Source of the DNA: the human T2T-CHM13v2.0 reference genome, Homo sapiens | Direction: 5' to 3' (one strand) | DNA length: 64,000 nt | NCBI RefSeq assembly: GCF_009914755.1 | Contig: NC_060928.1 | Shown: positions 48,482-60,924 of the stretch, piece after piece | How positions within the stretch are numbered: the first letter of the stretch is position 1 | Layout: each line of letters starts with the position of its first letter | Made by a program: the position numbers and the translations under genes | Notes under the pieces: generated by a model | Told to the model about the DNA's origin: nothing | Seen by the model: only the letters and a program-made list of their open reading frames with translations | Database searches by the model: none

Positions 48482-50274
48482 TTTTATTATACAGTACCCT
48501 TTTAGAAATTTAACTTTACATCTAATTGTTCTATATAATTTGTGCCTTTTTATAAATTTGATTTTATATCTAATTGTTTAAAGTAAAACTTATTTCCTCT
48601 TCAGGCCAATCAGTTTTCAAAGGAATTTTATCATTCAATTTTTTAAATATTCCTTTATTCTCGATGACAGTGTTATTCATCTCTATTTCCAACTAACCAA
48701 CCAACCTCCAACAAATCCTCTACTACTCCAAATAGCTGTAGATGTAATATTTGATATTAATGTGTTAACATTAAGTATGTATTAATAACACATTATTGTT
48801 TTTCCATCAATCTCAGAAGAGAAGGTGTCCCTTTCCCACATATTGTATATAACTTTAGGGAATAACTTTCTTGACCTGAATTAGTCCACATCCACCTCAA
48901 ACATACCTCTTGACAACTGAGGACTTTCTTTGTAGTAAAAGTCTGCAAACTGCATTTAAGAAGTTGCAAGACTGTTTTTTCCTTTTTTAATTAAGGTATA
49001 ATTAACAAATAGAAATCATAAGCATTTATAGCATACAACATGATGTTTTGATGTATATATTGTGAAATGATTAAATCAAGCTAACTAAAATACCCAGCAC
49101 CTCACTTATCTTAGCCTTTGTGTGTTTGTATATGTGGTAAGAACATTTGAGACCTACTCTCTTAGAAATTTTCAAATATACACTACATTATTAACTATAG
49201 TCACCATACTGTACAATAAAATTTCAGAACTTATTCATTCTGTGTATAACTGAAACTTCCTGCCTTTTGACTAACATCTCATCCTTTCCCCAACTTCCCT
49301 GGCAGCCAGCATTCTACTCTCTGCTTCTATGAGTTCAATATTTTTTAGATTCCACATGTAAGTCAGCTAATGTAGTATTCATCTTTCTGCGTCTGACTTA
49401 CTTCACCTAAAATAATGTTCTCCAGGTTTATCCATGTTTTTGCAAATGGAAGGATTTTCACCTTCTTCGTGGCTGACTAGTATTTCATTGCATATTTATA
49501 CCACATTTTCTTTATCCATTCATACACTGATGGACACTTAGGTTGATTCCATGTCTTGGTTATAGTGACTAATGCTGCAATAAGCATGGGAGTGCAGATA
49601 TATCTTTGAGATAGGGATTTCAGTTCCTTTGGGAATGTGCCCAGTGGTAAAATTGGCCATATGGTAGTCCTATTTTTAATTTTTTGAAGAACATTCATAC
49701 TGTTGTCTATATGATGATACTAATTTACATTCTCACAAAAAGTGTACAAGGGTTCCCTTTTCTCCACATTCTTACCAACATTTTTTTGTCTTTTTTAAAT
49801 AGCCATTCTAGCAGATGTGAGGTGGTATCTCACGATAATTTTAATTTACATTTGAGTTTCTTATATATTTTGGATATTAACCTCTTAAATGAATGGTTTG
49901 TAACTATTGTCTCCTATTCCAGAGGTGGCCTTTTCCTTTTGCTGATTTCTTCCATTAGTGTGTGAAGCTTTTTAGTTTGATGCAATCTCATTTGTCTGTT
50001 TTTGCGTATAATCATCTCTATTGATAGAGGGAAAAAAATTGACAAAATTCGCCACCCTTTTATGATAAAAAAAAACACTTCACAACAAATTGGGTATAGA
50101 AGGAATGCACATCAACATAACAAAGGTTATATATGATAAGCCTACCACTATCATCATACTCAATGGTGAATAGCTGAAAGCTTTTTCTCTAAGGTAAAGA
50201 ATAAGATAAGGATGGCTAGTCTCACCATTTATTTAAACATAGCAATGAAAATTTTAGCCAGAGCAATTAAGCAG

Positions 50275-50597
50275 AGGAGAGAGCGAGAGAGAAAGGAAGA
50301 AAGGAAGGAAGGAGAGAAGGAAGGAAAGAAGGGAGAAAGGAAGGGAGGGAAGGTGGGAGGGAGGAAGGAAGGAGGGAAGAAAGGGAGGGAGGGAGGGAGG
50401 ATAGGGGAGGAGAGGGGAGGGAGGGAGGAAAGGAAGGAAAGAAGGAAGGAAGGAAGGAATGGGAAGGAGGGAGGAAGAAAAAAAGAGGGAAAGTAAGGAA
50501 ACGAAGGAAGGAAGGGAAGGAAGGAAAGGAAGGGAAGGAAGGAAAGGAAGGAAAGAAGGAAGGAAGGAAGGGAGGAAGGAAGGAAGGAAGGAAGGAA
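50275..50597 (+). repeat. ~320-bp polypurine (GGAA/GGGA)n tract
   Basis: Directly visible; almost pure purine. Confidence 0.95.
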
Positions 50598-51384
50598 TAA
50601 AAGGCATCCACATCCAAAAGGAGGGAGTAAAATTGTCTCTTTGGAGATGACATATTACATATAGAAAACCCTAAAGACTCCACAAAAAAAACTGCTGTAG
50701 CTAATAAACCAATCCAGTAAAGCTGCAGGATGCAAAATCAACATACAAAAATCAGTAGCACTTCCATATACTATACTAACAATGAATTATCTAAAAAATA
50801 AATTTTTAAAAATTACATTTATAATAGTGTCCAAACACACTTAGAAATAAACTTAACCAAGATGAAAGATCTGTATGCTGAAAACTATAAAACACTGATG
50901 AAAGAAAAGACACAAATAAGTGGAAAAATATAACATATGAATAGATTGGAAGAAATAATATTTTTTAAATGTCTATATTATATAAAGTGATTTATAGATT
51001 CAGTGTAATCCCTATCAAAATTCCAATGGCAGTTGTAAAATTAATATAGAACCACAAAAACCTTGAATAGTCAAAGCAATCTTGAGCAAAAAGAACAAAA
51101 CTTGAAGCATCACACTACCTGTAGTATATTTCAAAATATACTACAAAGCTATAGTAATCCAAATAGCATGGTGCCGGCATGAAAACAGACATATGGACCA
51201 ACAGAACAGCAGAGAACCCAGAAGTAAATCTACATATTGCAGTTAATTGACTCTTGACAAAGGTGCCAAGAACACACAATGAGGAAAGGATAGACTATTT
51301 AATAAATAGTGTTGGAAAAACTGTATATCCACAGGCAAAAGAATGAAATTGGTTATTTGTTTTACACCACTTACAACAATCAAC

Positions 51385-51685
51385 CCAGGTGTGGTGGCTG
51401 ATGCTTGTAATTCAACACTTTGGGAGGCTAAGGCAGGGGGATCTCTTGAGAATGGGAGGTCAAGACCAGACTGGGTGACATAGCAACACCTTGTCTCTAA
51501 AAATAAAATTTTTAAAAATCAGCTGGGTGTGGTAGCACAAGCATGTAGTCCCAGCTACTCAGGAGGCTGAGGTAGGTGGATCACTTGAGCCCAGAAATTC
51601 AAGGCTACTGTGAGCTGTGATCATGCTGCTGAACTCCAGCTTGGGCAATAGAGCAGGATCCTGTCTCAAAAAAAAAAAAAAAAAA
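51385..51685 (+). mobile_element. AluJ
   Basis: Diverged Alu with GATCACTTGAGCCCAG..TTCAAGGCT; AATCAAC duplicated at the flanks. Confidence 0.9.
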
Positions 51686-54600
51686 AATCAACTCAAAATG
51701 GATTAAATGCTTAAGCATCAGACCTGTAACTAAAAGTCATAGAAAAACATATAGGAGAAAAGATTTCTGAAATTGTCCTGGAAATAATTTTTTCATGTAA
51801 CAAAACACAGGCAATCAATTTTGTTTTGTTCTTTTAGGTTAGGATTGCTTTTGCTATTCAGGCTGATGTTTGGTTCTATATACATTTTAGAGTAGTTTTT
51901 TTCTAATTCTGTGAAAAAAGACATTGGTAGTTTGATAGGAATAACATTGAATCTGTAGATTGTTTTGAGCAGTATGACATTATAATGATACCGATTCTTC
52001 CAATCCCTGAGCCGGAAATGTTTTTCCATTTATTTGTTTCATCTATGACTTCATTCAGCAGTGTTTTATTGTTCTCCTTGTAGGGCTCTTTTACCTCTTT
52101 GGTTAGATGGATACCTAGATATTTTGTTTTGCTGTGTGGCTATTGTAAATGAGATTGCATTATTGATTTGACTCTCAGCTTGAATGATATTGATGTATAG
52201 AAATGCTACTAATTTTTATATAATGATTTTGTATCCTGACACCTTATTGAAATTCTCAATTATAGAAGTTTTTTGGCAGAATCTTTAGGGTTCTAGATAT
52301 AGAATTACAGTGTCACTGATGAGACATAATTTGACTTCTCTTCCTCCTTGGATGCCTTTTATTCCTTTCCCTTGTCTAATTGCTCTGACTAGCACTTCAA
52401 ACACTATATTGAATATGAGTGGTGGATGAGAATGTCATCTTGTTTCAGTTCCCAAGGGGAATGTGTCCAGCTTTTACCCATTCAATATTATGTAGGTTAT
52501 GGGTTTTTCATAGATGGCTCTTATTGTGAGGTACGTTCCTTCAATGCTTAGTTTCTTGATGGTTTTTGGCAAGAAGGTATGTTGGATTTTACTGGAATCT
52601 TTTTATGGGTCTATTGAGATGTTCATATAGTTTTTGTTTGTGTAGTGAATCACACTTATTGATTTGCATATGTAGAAACAACCTTGCATCCCAGGAATAA
52701 AGCCTACTTGATCATGTGCTGCTGGATTTGATTTGCCAGTGATTTGTTGAGGATTTTTGCACCTATGTTCATCAGGGGTATGGCCTGTAGGTTTCTTTTT
52801 TTGTTGTGTCTCTGCCAGATTTTTGTCTGTTTTGATGCTGGCTTCATAGAGTAGATTAGGGAGGAGTCCCTCCTTTTTGATTTTTTGGAATAGTGAGAGT
52901 AGACTTGGTACCAGCCCCTCTTTGTACATCCGATAGAGTTCGACTGTGAATCCATCTGGTCCAAGACCCTTTTTGTTTGGTAGTTTATTATTGATTGAAT
53001 TTTAAAACTCTATATTGGTCAGTTCAGGGTTTTAATTTCTTCCTGATTCAATCTTGGGAGGTTGTGTGCTTCCAAGAATTTATCCATTTCCTTTAGATTT
53101 TCTAGTTTGTGTGCATAGAGGTGTTCACAGTAGTCTTTGAGGATCTTTTGTGTTTCTGTAAGATTGGTTGTAATGTCACCTTTGTCATTTCAAGTTGTAC
53201 TTATTTGGATCCTCTCTTTTTTTCTTTGTTAATCTAGGTAGCAGTCTATCAATCTTCTTTGTCCTTTTAAACAAACAACTTTGGGGTTTGTTGATTCTTT
53301 GTATAGATTTTAGGGACTAATTTCTTTCAGTTCTGCCCTGATTTTAGTTCTTTCTTTTCTTCTTGTTTTGGGATATGCTTTTCTTTCTTTCTTTCTTTTT
53401 TCTAGTTTCTCTAGGTGTGATGTTAGATTGTTAATTTGCAGTTTTTTTAACTTTGTGAGGTAGGCATTTAGCACTATAAACTTTCCTCTTAACACCACTT
53501 TTGTTACATTCCATAGATTTTGCCATGTTTTTGTCTCTATTTTTATTTATTTTAAAGAATATTTTGATTTTTGTCTTGATTTTTTTGGTTAACCAAAAGT
53601 AATTCAGTAGCAAGTTGTTTAATTTCCATGCAATTGTGTAGTTTAGAGAGAGGTTTTTGGTAGTGATTTCCTTTTTTATTTCACTGTGGTCCAAGAGTAT
53701 GATTGGTATACTTTTGATTTTTATAAGTTTAATTTATTGATACTTCCTTTATGGTTGAGCACGTAGTCAATCTTGTAGTATAATTCATGTGCAGGTGTAA
53801 ATAATGTGTATTCTGTGGTTGATGCGGTGAGTATGCTGTAAATGGCTATTAGGTCCAATTGGTCAGGTTTTAAATTTAAGTCTAGAATTTCTTTGTTTTC
53901 TGCTTCATTGATCTTTGTACCACTGTCATTAGGGTATTCAAATCCCCCATATTATTGTGTGGCTGGCTAAGTCTTTTTGGAGATGTAGAAGTTCTTATTT
54001 TGTGAATCTGGGTGCACTAGTGTTGGGTGTATATATATTTAGAATAGTAAAGTCTTCTTGTTGAATTGAACTCTTTATCATTATGTAATGCCCTTCTTTG
54101 TACTTTTTTTCTGTTGTTGGTTTAAAGTCTGCTTTATTTTATATAAGAATCATCAGTCTTGCTCTTTTTTGTTCTCCATTTCTGTGATAGATGTTTCTCC
54201 AGCCCTTACTTTGAGCCTGTGGGTATTGTTAAGTGTGAAATTGGTCTTTTGAAGACAGCAGACAGATGAGTCTTGTTCTTTATCCAACTTGCCACTCTGG
54301 GCCTTCTATGTGGAGGTATTTAGACCATTTACGTTCATGATTAATATTGATATGTGAGGTTTTGATTCTATCATGAGGTTTTTAGCTTGTTGCTTTGTAG
54401 TTTCTATTGCATGGTTGCTTTATAGTGTCTGTGGGATATGTATTTATCTGTGTTTTCATGGTAGCATTTATTGTTTTTTTGATTCTATTTTTAAAACTCC
54501 TTTAAAGATTTTTTTATAAGGCTGGTCTAGTGGTAACTAATTCCCTTAGTGCTTGCTTACCTGGAAAATATTTATTTCTCCTTCACTTACGAAGCTGTTT

Positions 54601-55462
54601 GGTGGAATATGAAATTTTTGGTTGTAATTTCTTTTTTTTTTTTTTTAACATTGCTGAAAATTGGCACCTAATCTCTTCTGGCCTGTGAGAAGAAGTCGTC
54701 TTTTGCCTAATAGGGTTCCTTGCGTACCTTGTGTGACCTTTTTCTCTAGCTGCCTTACAAAATTTTTTCTTTAGCTTTGACCTTGGATGATCTGGTGACT
54801 ACATGACTTGGTGATATTCATTTTGTATAGTATCTCAAAAATGTTCTCTAGATTTCTTCTATCTGAATATCTACCTCTCTAGCAAGACTAGAAAATTTTG
54901 TCTTGAATTATTTCCTCAAGTTTGCTTTCCAGGTTGTTTACTTTTTCTTCTTTTCTCTCAGGAATGCCAATAACTCATAGATTTGGTCACTTTATATAAT
55001 CCATATTTCTCAAAATGTTGTTTATTCTTAAAAATTATTTTTTATCTATTTTTGTTGGACTGAGTTACTTCAAAAGACAGGATTTCAAGGTCTGAAATTC
55101 TTTCTTCTGCTTGGTCCAGTCTATTGATATTGCTTTCAATTGTATTTTGAAATTCCTCAAGTCTTACAATTCCAGAAGCACTGATTGATTTATTAAAGTG
55201 TATATCTCTTCCTTCATTTCCTGGATTGCTTTAGAAGTTTTTTTGTGTTGATTTTACACTGTGTCGTAGATCTCATTGAGCCTCTTTACAATCTGTGCTT
55301 TTAATTGGTTATTTGTCATTTGTGAGTCTTCATTTTTGTAGGGACCGTTGCTGGAGAGCTAGTGTGATATTTTGATGATACCACAACTTTCAGATTTTTC
55401 ATGGTGGCAGAATTCTTGCATTAATTCCTTCTCATCTGGGGTTATTTGCACTACTAATTTTT

Positions 55463-55751
55463 TTTGTTTTGGAAATTGATTCTCACTCTGTTGCCCATGC
55501 TAGAGTGCAGTTGCATGATCCCAGCTCACTGCAACCTCCACCTCCAGGATTCAAGTGAGTCTCCTGCCTCAGCCTCCTGAGTAACTGGAATTACAGGCGC
55601 CTGCCACTATGCCCAGCTAATTTTGTATTTTTAGTATAGACAGGGTTTCACCATGTTAGCCAGGCTGATCTCAAACTCCCAACCTCAGGTGATCCACCCA
55701 CTCAGCCTCCCAAAATGCTGGGATTACAGGTGTGAGCCACCACACCTGGCC
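55463..55751 (-). mobile_element. AluS
   Basis: Antisense Alu; TSD CACTACTAATTTTT (55449-55462 / 55753-55766). Confidence 0.93.
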
Positions 55752-56446
55752 ACACTACTAATTTTTATAACTATTTTTATGTGGTTAGGATTTTTTATTT
55801 TTCTTTCTTTCCCTATATTTTTATTATTTTAAATTTCCCTTTCACCTCATCCCTTGGGATGTAACTATAGAGAATGTTGGGTAGGGTCTTTTGAATTTGC
55901 TTCCCTAAGCACTTCTGCCAGCAGGTTTTACACTGGGCTGTGTGGTTCAGCCTACAGGCCAATAGAAGGTGCTTAAAGGTAAGAGCCTACTGTGGGCAAT
56001 GTGGCTGGGTATATACTTGGTCCTTGTTTACTGGGAGAAGCTCTCCATTTCCTCAGGCAATGGGCTGATCCATGGAGTGACAGTGATCTGAGCTCCCTGC
56101 TCAGCCCTGGGGTGGTAGGGGGCAAGATGGGTAAGGCAAGATTGGGCAGAGCCACCTATAGGTCTCCTGATGTCAGACACAAACACTAGCACAGAAGGAG
56201 AATCCAGTGGGTGGTCACCAAGTGCCCAGAGGAGCACCTAGGCATGAACCTGAAAAACTTCCTCAGCCCCAAGTTCTTTGCATGGTGGGGATGTGGGGGT
56301 GACCTACTGAAACTCCTAATTCAGGAGAGTAGGTGCTCCAAATACCTGGATATCTGCCTAGGCATGGAAAGTAGATGGCCCCACTGCACTCCTATCTCTA
56401 CAGAGGGAGGGTGGAGTAGCTCAGGCTGTTAATTTAGGAAAATGGG

Positions 56447-56772
56447 TGTATTAGTCCATTCTCACACTGCTTTAAAGTACTGCCCAATCCTGAGTAGTTT
56501 ATAAAGGAAAGATGTTTAATTGACTCACAGTTCTGCATGGCTGGGAAGGCCTCAGGAAACTTACAATCATGGTGGTATGAGAGCTGAGCAAAGGGGGAAG
56601 CCCTTTAGAAAAATCCATCAGATCTCATAAGAATTCACTTACTATCAAGAGAACAGTATAGGGGAAAATGCCCCCATGATTCAATTATCTCCCCCGGTCT
56701 CACCCTTAACACTTGAGGATTATTACAATTTAAGGTGAGATTTGGGTGGGAGCACAGAGCCAAACCATATCA
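56447..56772 (-). mobile_element. THE1-type (THE1C/D-like) MaLR solo LTR
   Basis: TGTATTAGTCCATTCTCAC...GAGATTTGGGTGGG..CACAGAGCCAAACCATATCA; 5-bp TSD ATGGG. Confidence 0.92.
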
Positions 56773-58544
56773 ATGGGTCTTCTGACTGCCTGGTGATCTG
56801 CCTGGGCATGTAGCAGAGAGAACCCCTATGTACCAGGATCCCTGCAAAGGAAGGGTGCAGCAGGTCCAGCAGCTGATTCAAGCAAGCAGGTGCTCCAAAT
56901 ACCTGGAGATCTGCCTGGGCATGGAGAAGAGAGGGCCCTACTGCATCATGACCCATGCATAGGAAAAATGGGTCAGCTGAAGCCGTTCCAGGTGAGTGGT
57001 GCCCGAAATACCTAGAGATCCACCTGGTCATGGAGTGGAGAAAGCCCTGGTGCTTGAAATACCTAGACATCCACATGGTCATGGAGTGGAGAAGGCCCTG
57101 ATGCACCACAATCTCTGTATTGGAAGGGAGGGATAGCTCAGGCTGTGAATCTGGCTGAGCAGGTGTCCCAAATGTCTGACAATCTGCCTGGCCATGAACC
57201 AAAAAGAACCTCTCTTGCACCAGGATCTTTGTACACGAGGGATGGAGTGACAGGCTTCTGAGTCAGGCAAGTGGGTGCTCCAAGTGCCTGGATATCTGCT
57301 TGGACATGGAGTGGAGAGGGCTCCCTTGCACCTGGATCTTTGAAAAGTGATGGTGGAGTGGCTTAAGCTGCCAGTCTGGGCAAGCAGGTGCTTTGAATGC
57401 CTGGAGACCTGCCTAGGCATGGAGCAGAGAAGGCCTCACTGCATCACAATCTATGCACAAAAAGGGTGATGCAGCTCAGAATAGTGATCTAGGTGAGTGG
57501 GTATCTCAAATGCCTGGAGACTTGCCTGGATGTGGAGCAGAGAGGGCTCTGAGCACCACAGTCTCTGCACAGAAGGGTGGGGCAGTTCAAGCTGCTGTTT
57601 CAACCAAGCTGCTCCAAATGCCTGGACTTCTACCTGTGAGTAGAGCAGAGAGGTCCTTGCTGCATCACAATCTCAGAGAGCAGGCTGAAGCACCCAGCAA
57701 CACATTTAGACCAGTTCCGGGTTGAAAAGCTGGCCGTGGGTACAAGTCTTATTGTCCAGGAGAAACTGAAACAGGGAAGAGCACAATTGCAGCACACACT
57801 GCTGAGGCACTTTCCATAAATGTGGCTGTCAAGGCCTCTACTCCACTCCAGAGCGAACAACTCCAATCTCTGACTCGAGATTAAACTGCCTGCATGGCAT
57901 GCTGCCAGGTCGCCAAGAAATGACTGACTTTCTATGCAGTTAGATTAAAAATGTCATCCTGCTCTTGGTCTAGAAAAGTGCCTGCAGCTTTTCCTGGTGT
58001 TTTTCCCTCTGAGCATTTCCAAGCATCTTCCCAATTTAGCTCTAGGTCTTGAGAGAAACAAAGTATTCCCCCTTGGCCTATGTTGCTCAGATCCCCAGTG
58101 GAAAAGTGAATCACACAGGGAGGCTCTCTGCCTATCGTATAAAGGACTTTGCTCAGTTTTATCAGCTGGACACCATCACTGGTGCTTTTCTCCCATGTTC
58201 TCCTCCCTGGGATTTGGGACATCCTTCATGATTCTGGTGGATTCCTGTTTTTCTTCTTGAATTAAAGCTCATGGAGTTAATTTTTATGCTATTTCCGAGT
58301 GGCTGAGGTATGCTAAAAGCCTCTAATCCACCACCCTGGAGAAAACAAAAAAAGAAAGAGCTTAATTAAGACACAAAAGTGCAAATTCCAGAATTAAAGA
58401 TTAAGAACATTAACCATGTCAAAATGATAAACACCTATAGAGCAGATGCTTTCATAAACAAGGTAAAATCCACAGAGTGGGAGAAGATACATGCAATGCA
58501 TGTAATGAGTATGAAACTTGTAAGAAACAAAACAGAATCATTTG

Positions 58545-58922
58545 TGTCAAGCTGACAAATGGAGCTGGAGAAGTCCATGAAGAATGGTGCTCACTCATGT
58601 TGCCTGATAACAAGAAGTATTAGAAAAGACTGCAAAAACCACAATTTTGCACAAAAACCAGTGCAACCTTACACAAAAAAATACTCTGTGATGACATCTG
58701 CCCAGCAACTTCCTGTCCAGCCTTGGACTGACAACATCCTTGTTATTGATCCTTGTAGCCAGAAATAACTATCTCAAAACAACCTATGTACTCTTCCTCA
58801 TTTTTCCTTTAAAAACCCTTTACCTCTCTGAATATGTCCATTGAATTCCCATTGCAGTGCTCAATCACAAATCAATACCATTTTCTTTTAGGGGATATCT
58901 CTGTCTGTTATTTAGGTTGACA
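58545..58922 (+). mobile_element. ERV1 MER4-group solo LTR (subfamily uncertain)
   Basis: TG...CA bounded; ACATCTGCCCAGCAACT, TTGTTATTGATCCTTGTAGCC, end TTTAGGTTGACA. Confidence 0.65.
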
Positions 58923-58929
58923 CTAGGAA

Positions 58930-59470
58930 AAGATTAGAATTCCTCCAAATCTTTAAAGAATTCCTACAAATTCCTACAAAGAAAATAGTTTCTATGAACT
59001 GATAATCTGATAGAAAAAAAATGACAGAAGAGATAAATAGTTTCTTCAAGATAAAATCCAAATGTCCAATAAATATATGTAATGACCCTCAATTTAACCT
59101 CAACAGTAATCAAAGCAGTGAAAATATGATACTATTGGCAAACATTATAAAGTTAGACTATGCTGAGATGTTTATCTGAATAAACAAATTGGTACAACCA
59201 TATTGAAAAACAAATTTTAATTAAATTTGTTGCAAATGTCCATACCTACAGCCCATCAATAACACTTCTAAGTATATATTCTTAAGAAACTCTTGCTCAT
59301 GTGCACAGGGAAATACACACAATGCCCATTATAAGATTATCTATAATAGTGAGTGTCTTAAAACAATTTAAATGCCCATCATCGGTATGATGGATAAATA
59401 TATTGCAGTATATTCATAGAATGGTTTAGAAGAAAATTCTGTATGCCCAATGTATGGAGCTAATGCTGAG
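58930..59470 (+). mobile_element. Old L1ME 3' ORF2 remnant
   Basis: AAATTGGTACAACCA, AGAAACTCTTGCTCATGTGCAC, AAATGCCCATCA...ATGGATAAATA. Confidence 0.65.
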
Positions 59471-60924
59471 TCATAAAGCATAAGTAAATCTCCCTCTTGG
59501 CAGCTAAAACTGAGATAGCAAATAAGATGCCAATAGTAAGTCAATAAAACCTCAAACTTGCTGATCACATCTGTGCTTGTGATATTTGAAATGTGCTCTT
59601 TCAAGGGCATCTGTCAACATGTCACAAAGAATAAAGCAAATGTCAGGTCAGCACTTCTGGATCTCTGATATAAATATTCCAACTTAAGGTATGATTGCTA
59701 GTTAAAGAGTTTAATTTTTGCACTGCTTCTTTGAACCTCAACTTCATTGCTTTTTAACCATCCAATTCATTATATCCCTTCTGCCTTCAAATGTTCTCTT
59801 TCTTAATACAATTTAGAATAGACAATATATCTTCTGATCATTGAAGTATTTCCCCGTAAAACTTGTTGACCCTGTTGTTGATTCTAATATTGGAATAAGA
59901 AAATGCACTCATCAAGGAATATAAAAGATGTTATTCCACTTATAGCCATTTCTTGACCTGGGAAAGAACTTACATCACACAACTTACTTGCATTCATTCC
60001 TAAATTTAGACATAGATAGTCTTTTGTCATCTGTGACTAAAAAAAACAGAGAAAATAGTTTTTTTTCATTGTGATTAAATTATGATAAAAATATATCAAA
60101 GAACAATAACAGGAAATATTTTCCAGGGCACTTCATAAGTTTCTCTCTCCTCCTCCTCCTCCTGTATCCCTCATTAATACTCTTTACCTTTGGAGGTAAG
60201 TAAAATCCTAGTGTGACACTTGTAATACTCTAAGGACCTCAGGGTAGATTTGCTCCCTCAGGCTGGGTAGATGTTTTTTCTCTTTATTCCTGAAGAGTTC
60301 TATGTACATCCCATATAATTTCTGAATTTCTAGAAGCATATTATTTGCAAAGGTAACTCCATGCAAACAAGATAAGAAGTGTCCTTGGCCCCTGGTCCTA
60401 GACCCATAGTTTGTCTCTATTCATATGGCATTCTGGCCTAGCCACTTGTCCTTGAAGGTTTTATTGTTAACACATATAATACAATGAGGTATGAAGTTCT
60501 TGTCCACTAGTGTCCTTACTCAACTCTTCTGTATCAAATATACTAGATTGATTGGGTATGCAAGCCTGATTATAAAGCAATGATCCACAGAACTAAAATA
60601 TAGAAAGGAAAGGGGGTTGTGATCCAAGATCAAATTATGCCATAGCTTTGCATGCACTGAGAGATGTTGGATCATATAATATTTGGAATTTGGTTCTGAA
60701 TTCTATTCAGAAATAAGGCAGTGAAGAGTAGGAATAGGGTCCAGTTCCTGGGAAATAGGTCTGCAGGGAGCAAAACAGAGAGCAGAATCTCTGGTTGACT
60801 TGGGTTTTAAACTTTTAAGCACCAGTAGACCCAAGCAGAAAGTGACCCAATCAGAAAGGGACTGGTTTCCCTAAGGAGTTATACTGCCCTTTTGCTTCAA
60901 GGAAGAACTTTATATGCTATCTGT

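Larger units (their letters stand above)
48985..51818 (-). mobile_element. L1MA-type L1 with 5' inversion (48985-50005 antisense 3' end; 50008-51818 ORF2 in plus orientation)
   Basis: Antisense L1MA 3'UTR (TTAACTATAGTCACCATACTGTACAATA) then an orientation flip into ORF2. Confidence 0.8.
51819..58340 (-). mobile_element. L1PA15-16-type L1 (5'UTR monomer array, ORF1, most of ORF2; 3' end missing)
   Basis: Antisense ORF2 peptides (HDQVGFIPGMQG.F.I.KSI, VLRGKFI.LNAY); ~110-bp GC-rich monomers at 56200-57690. Confidence 0.88.

Noticed and set aside
50212-50683. ORFs of up to 138 aa rich in K/E/G/R or P/S/F/L
   Set aside because: Translations of the GGAA tract; low complexity and stop-free by composition.
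56723-57725. 165-aa and neighbouring ORFs with internal repeats
   Set aside because: Read through L1 5'UTR monomers and a THE1 LTR; no coding evidence.
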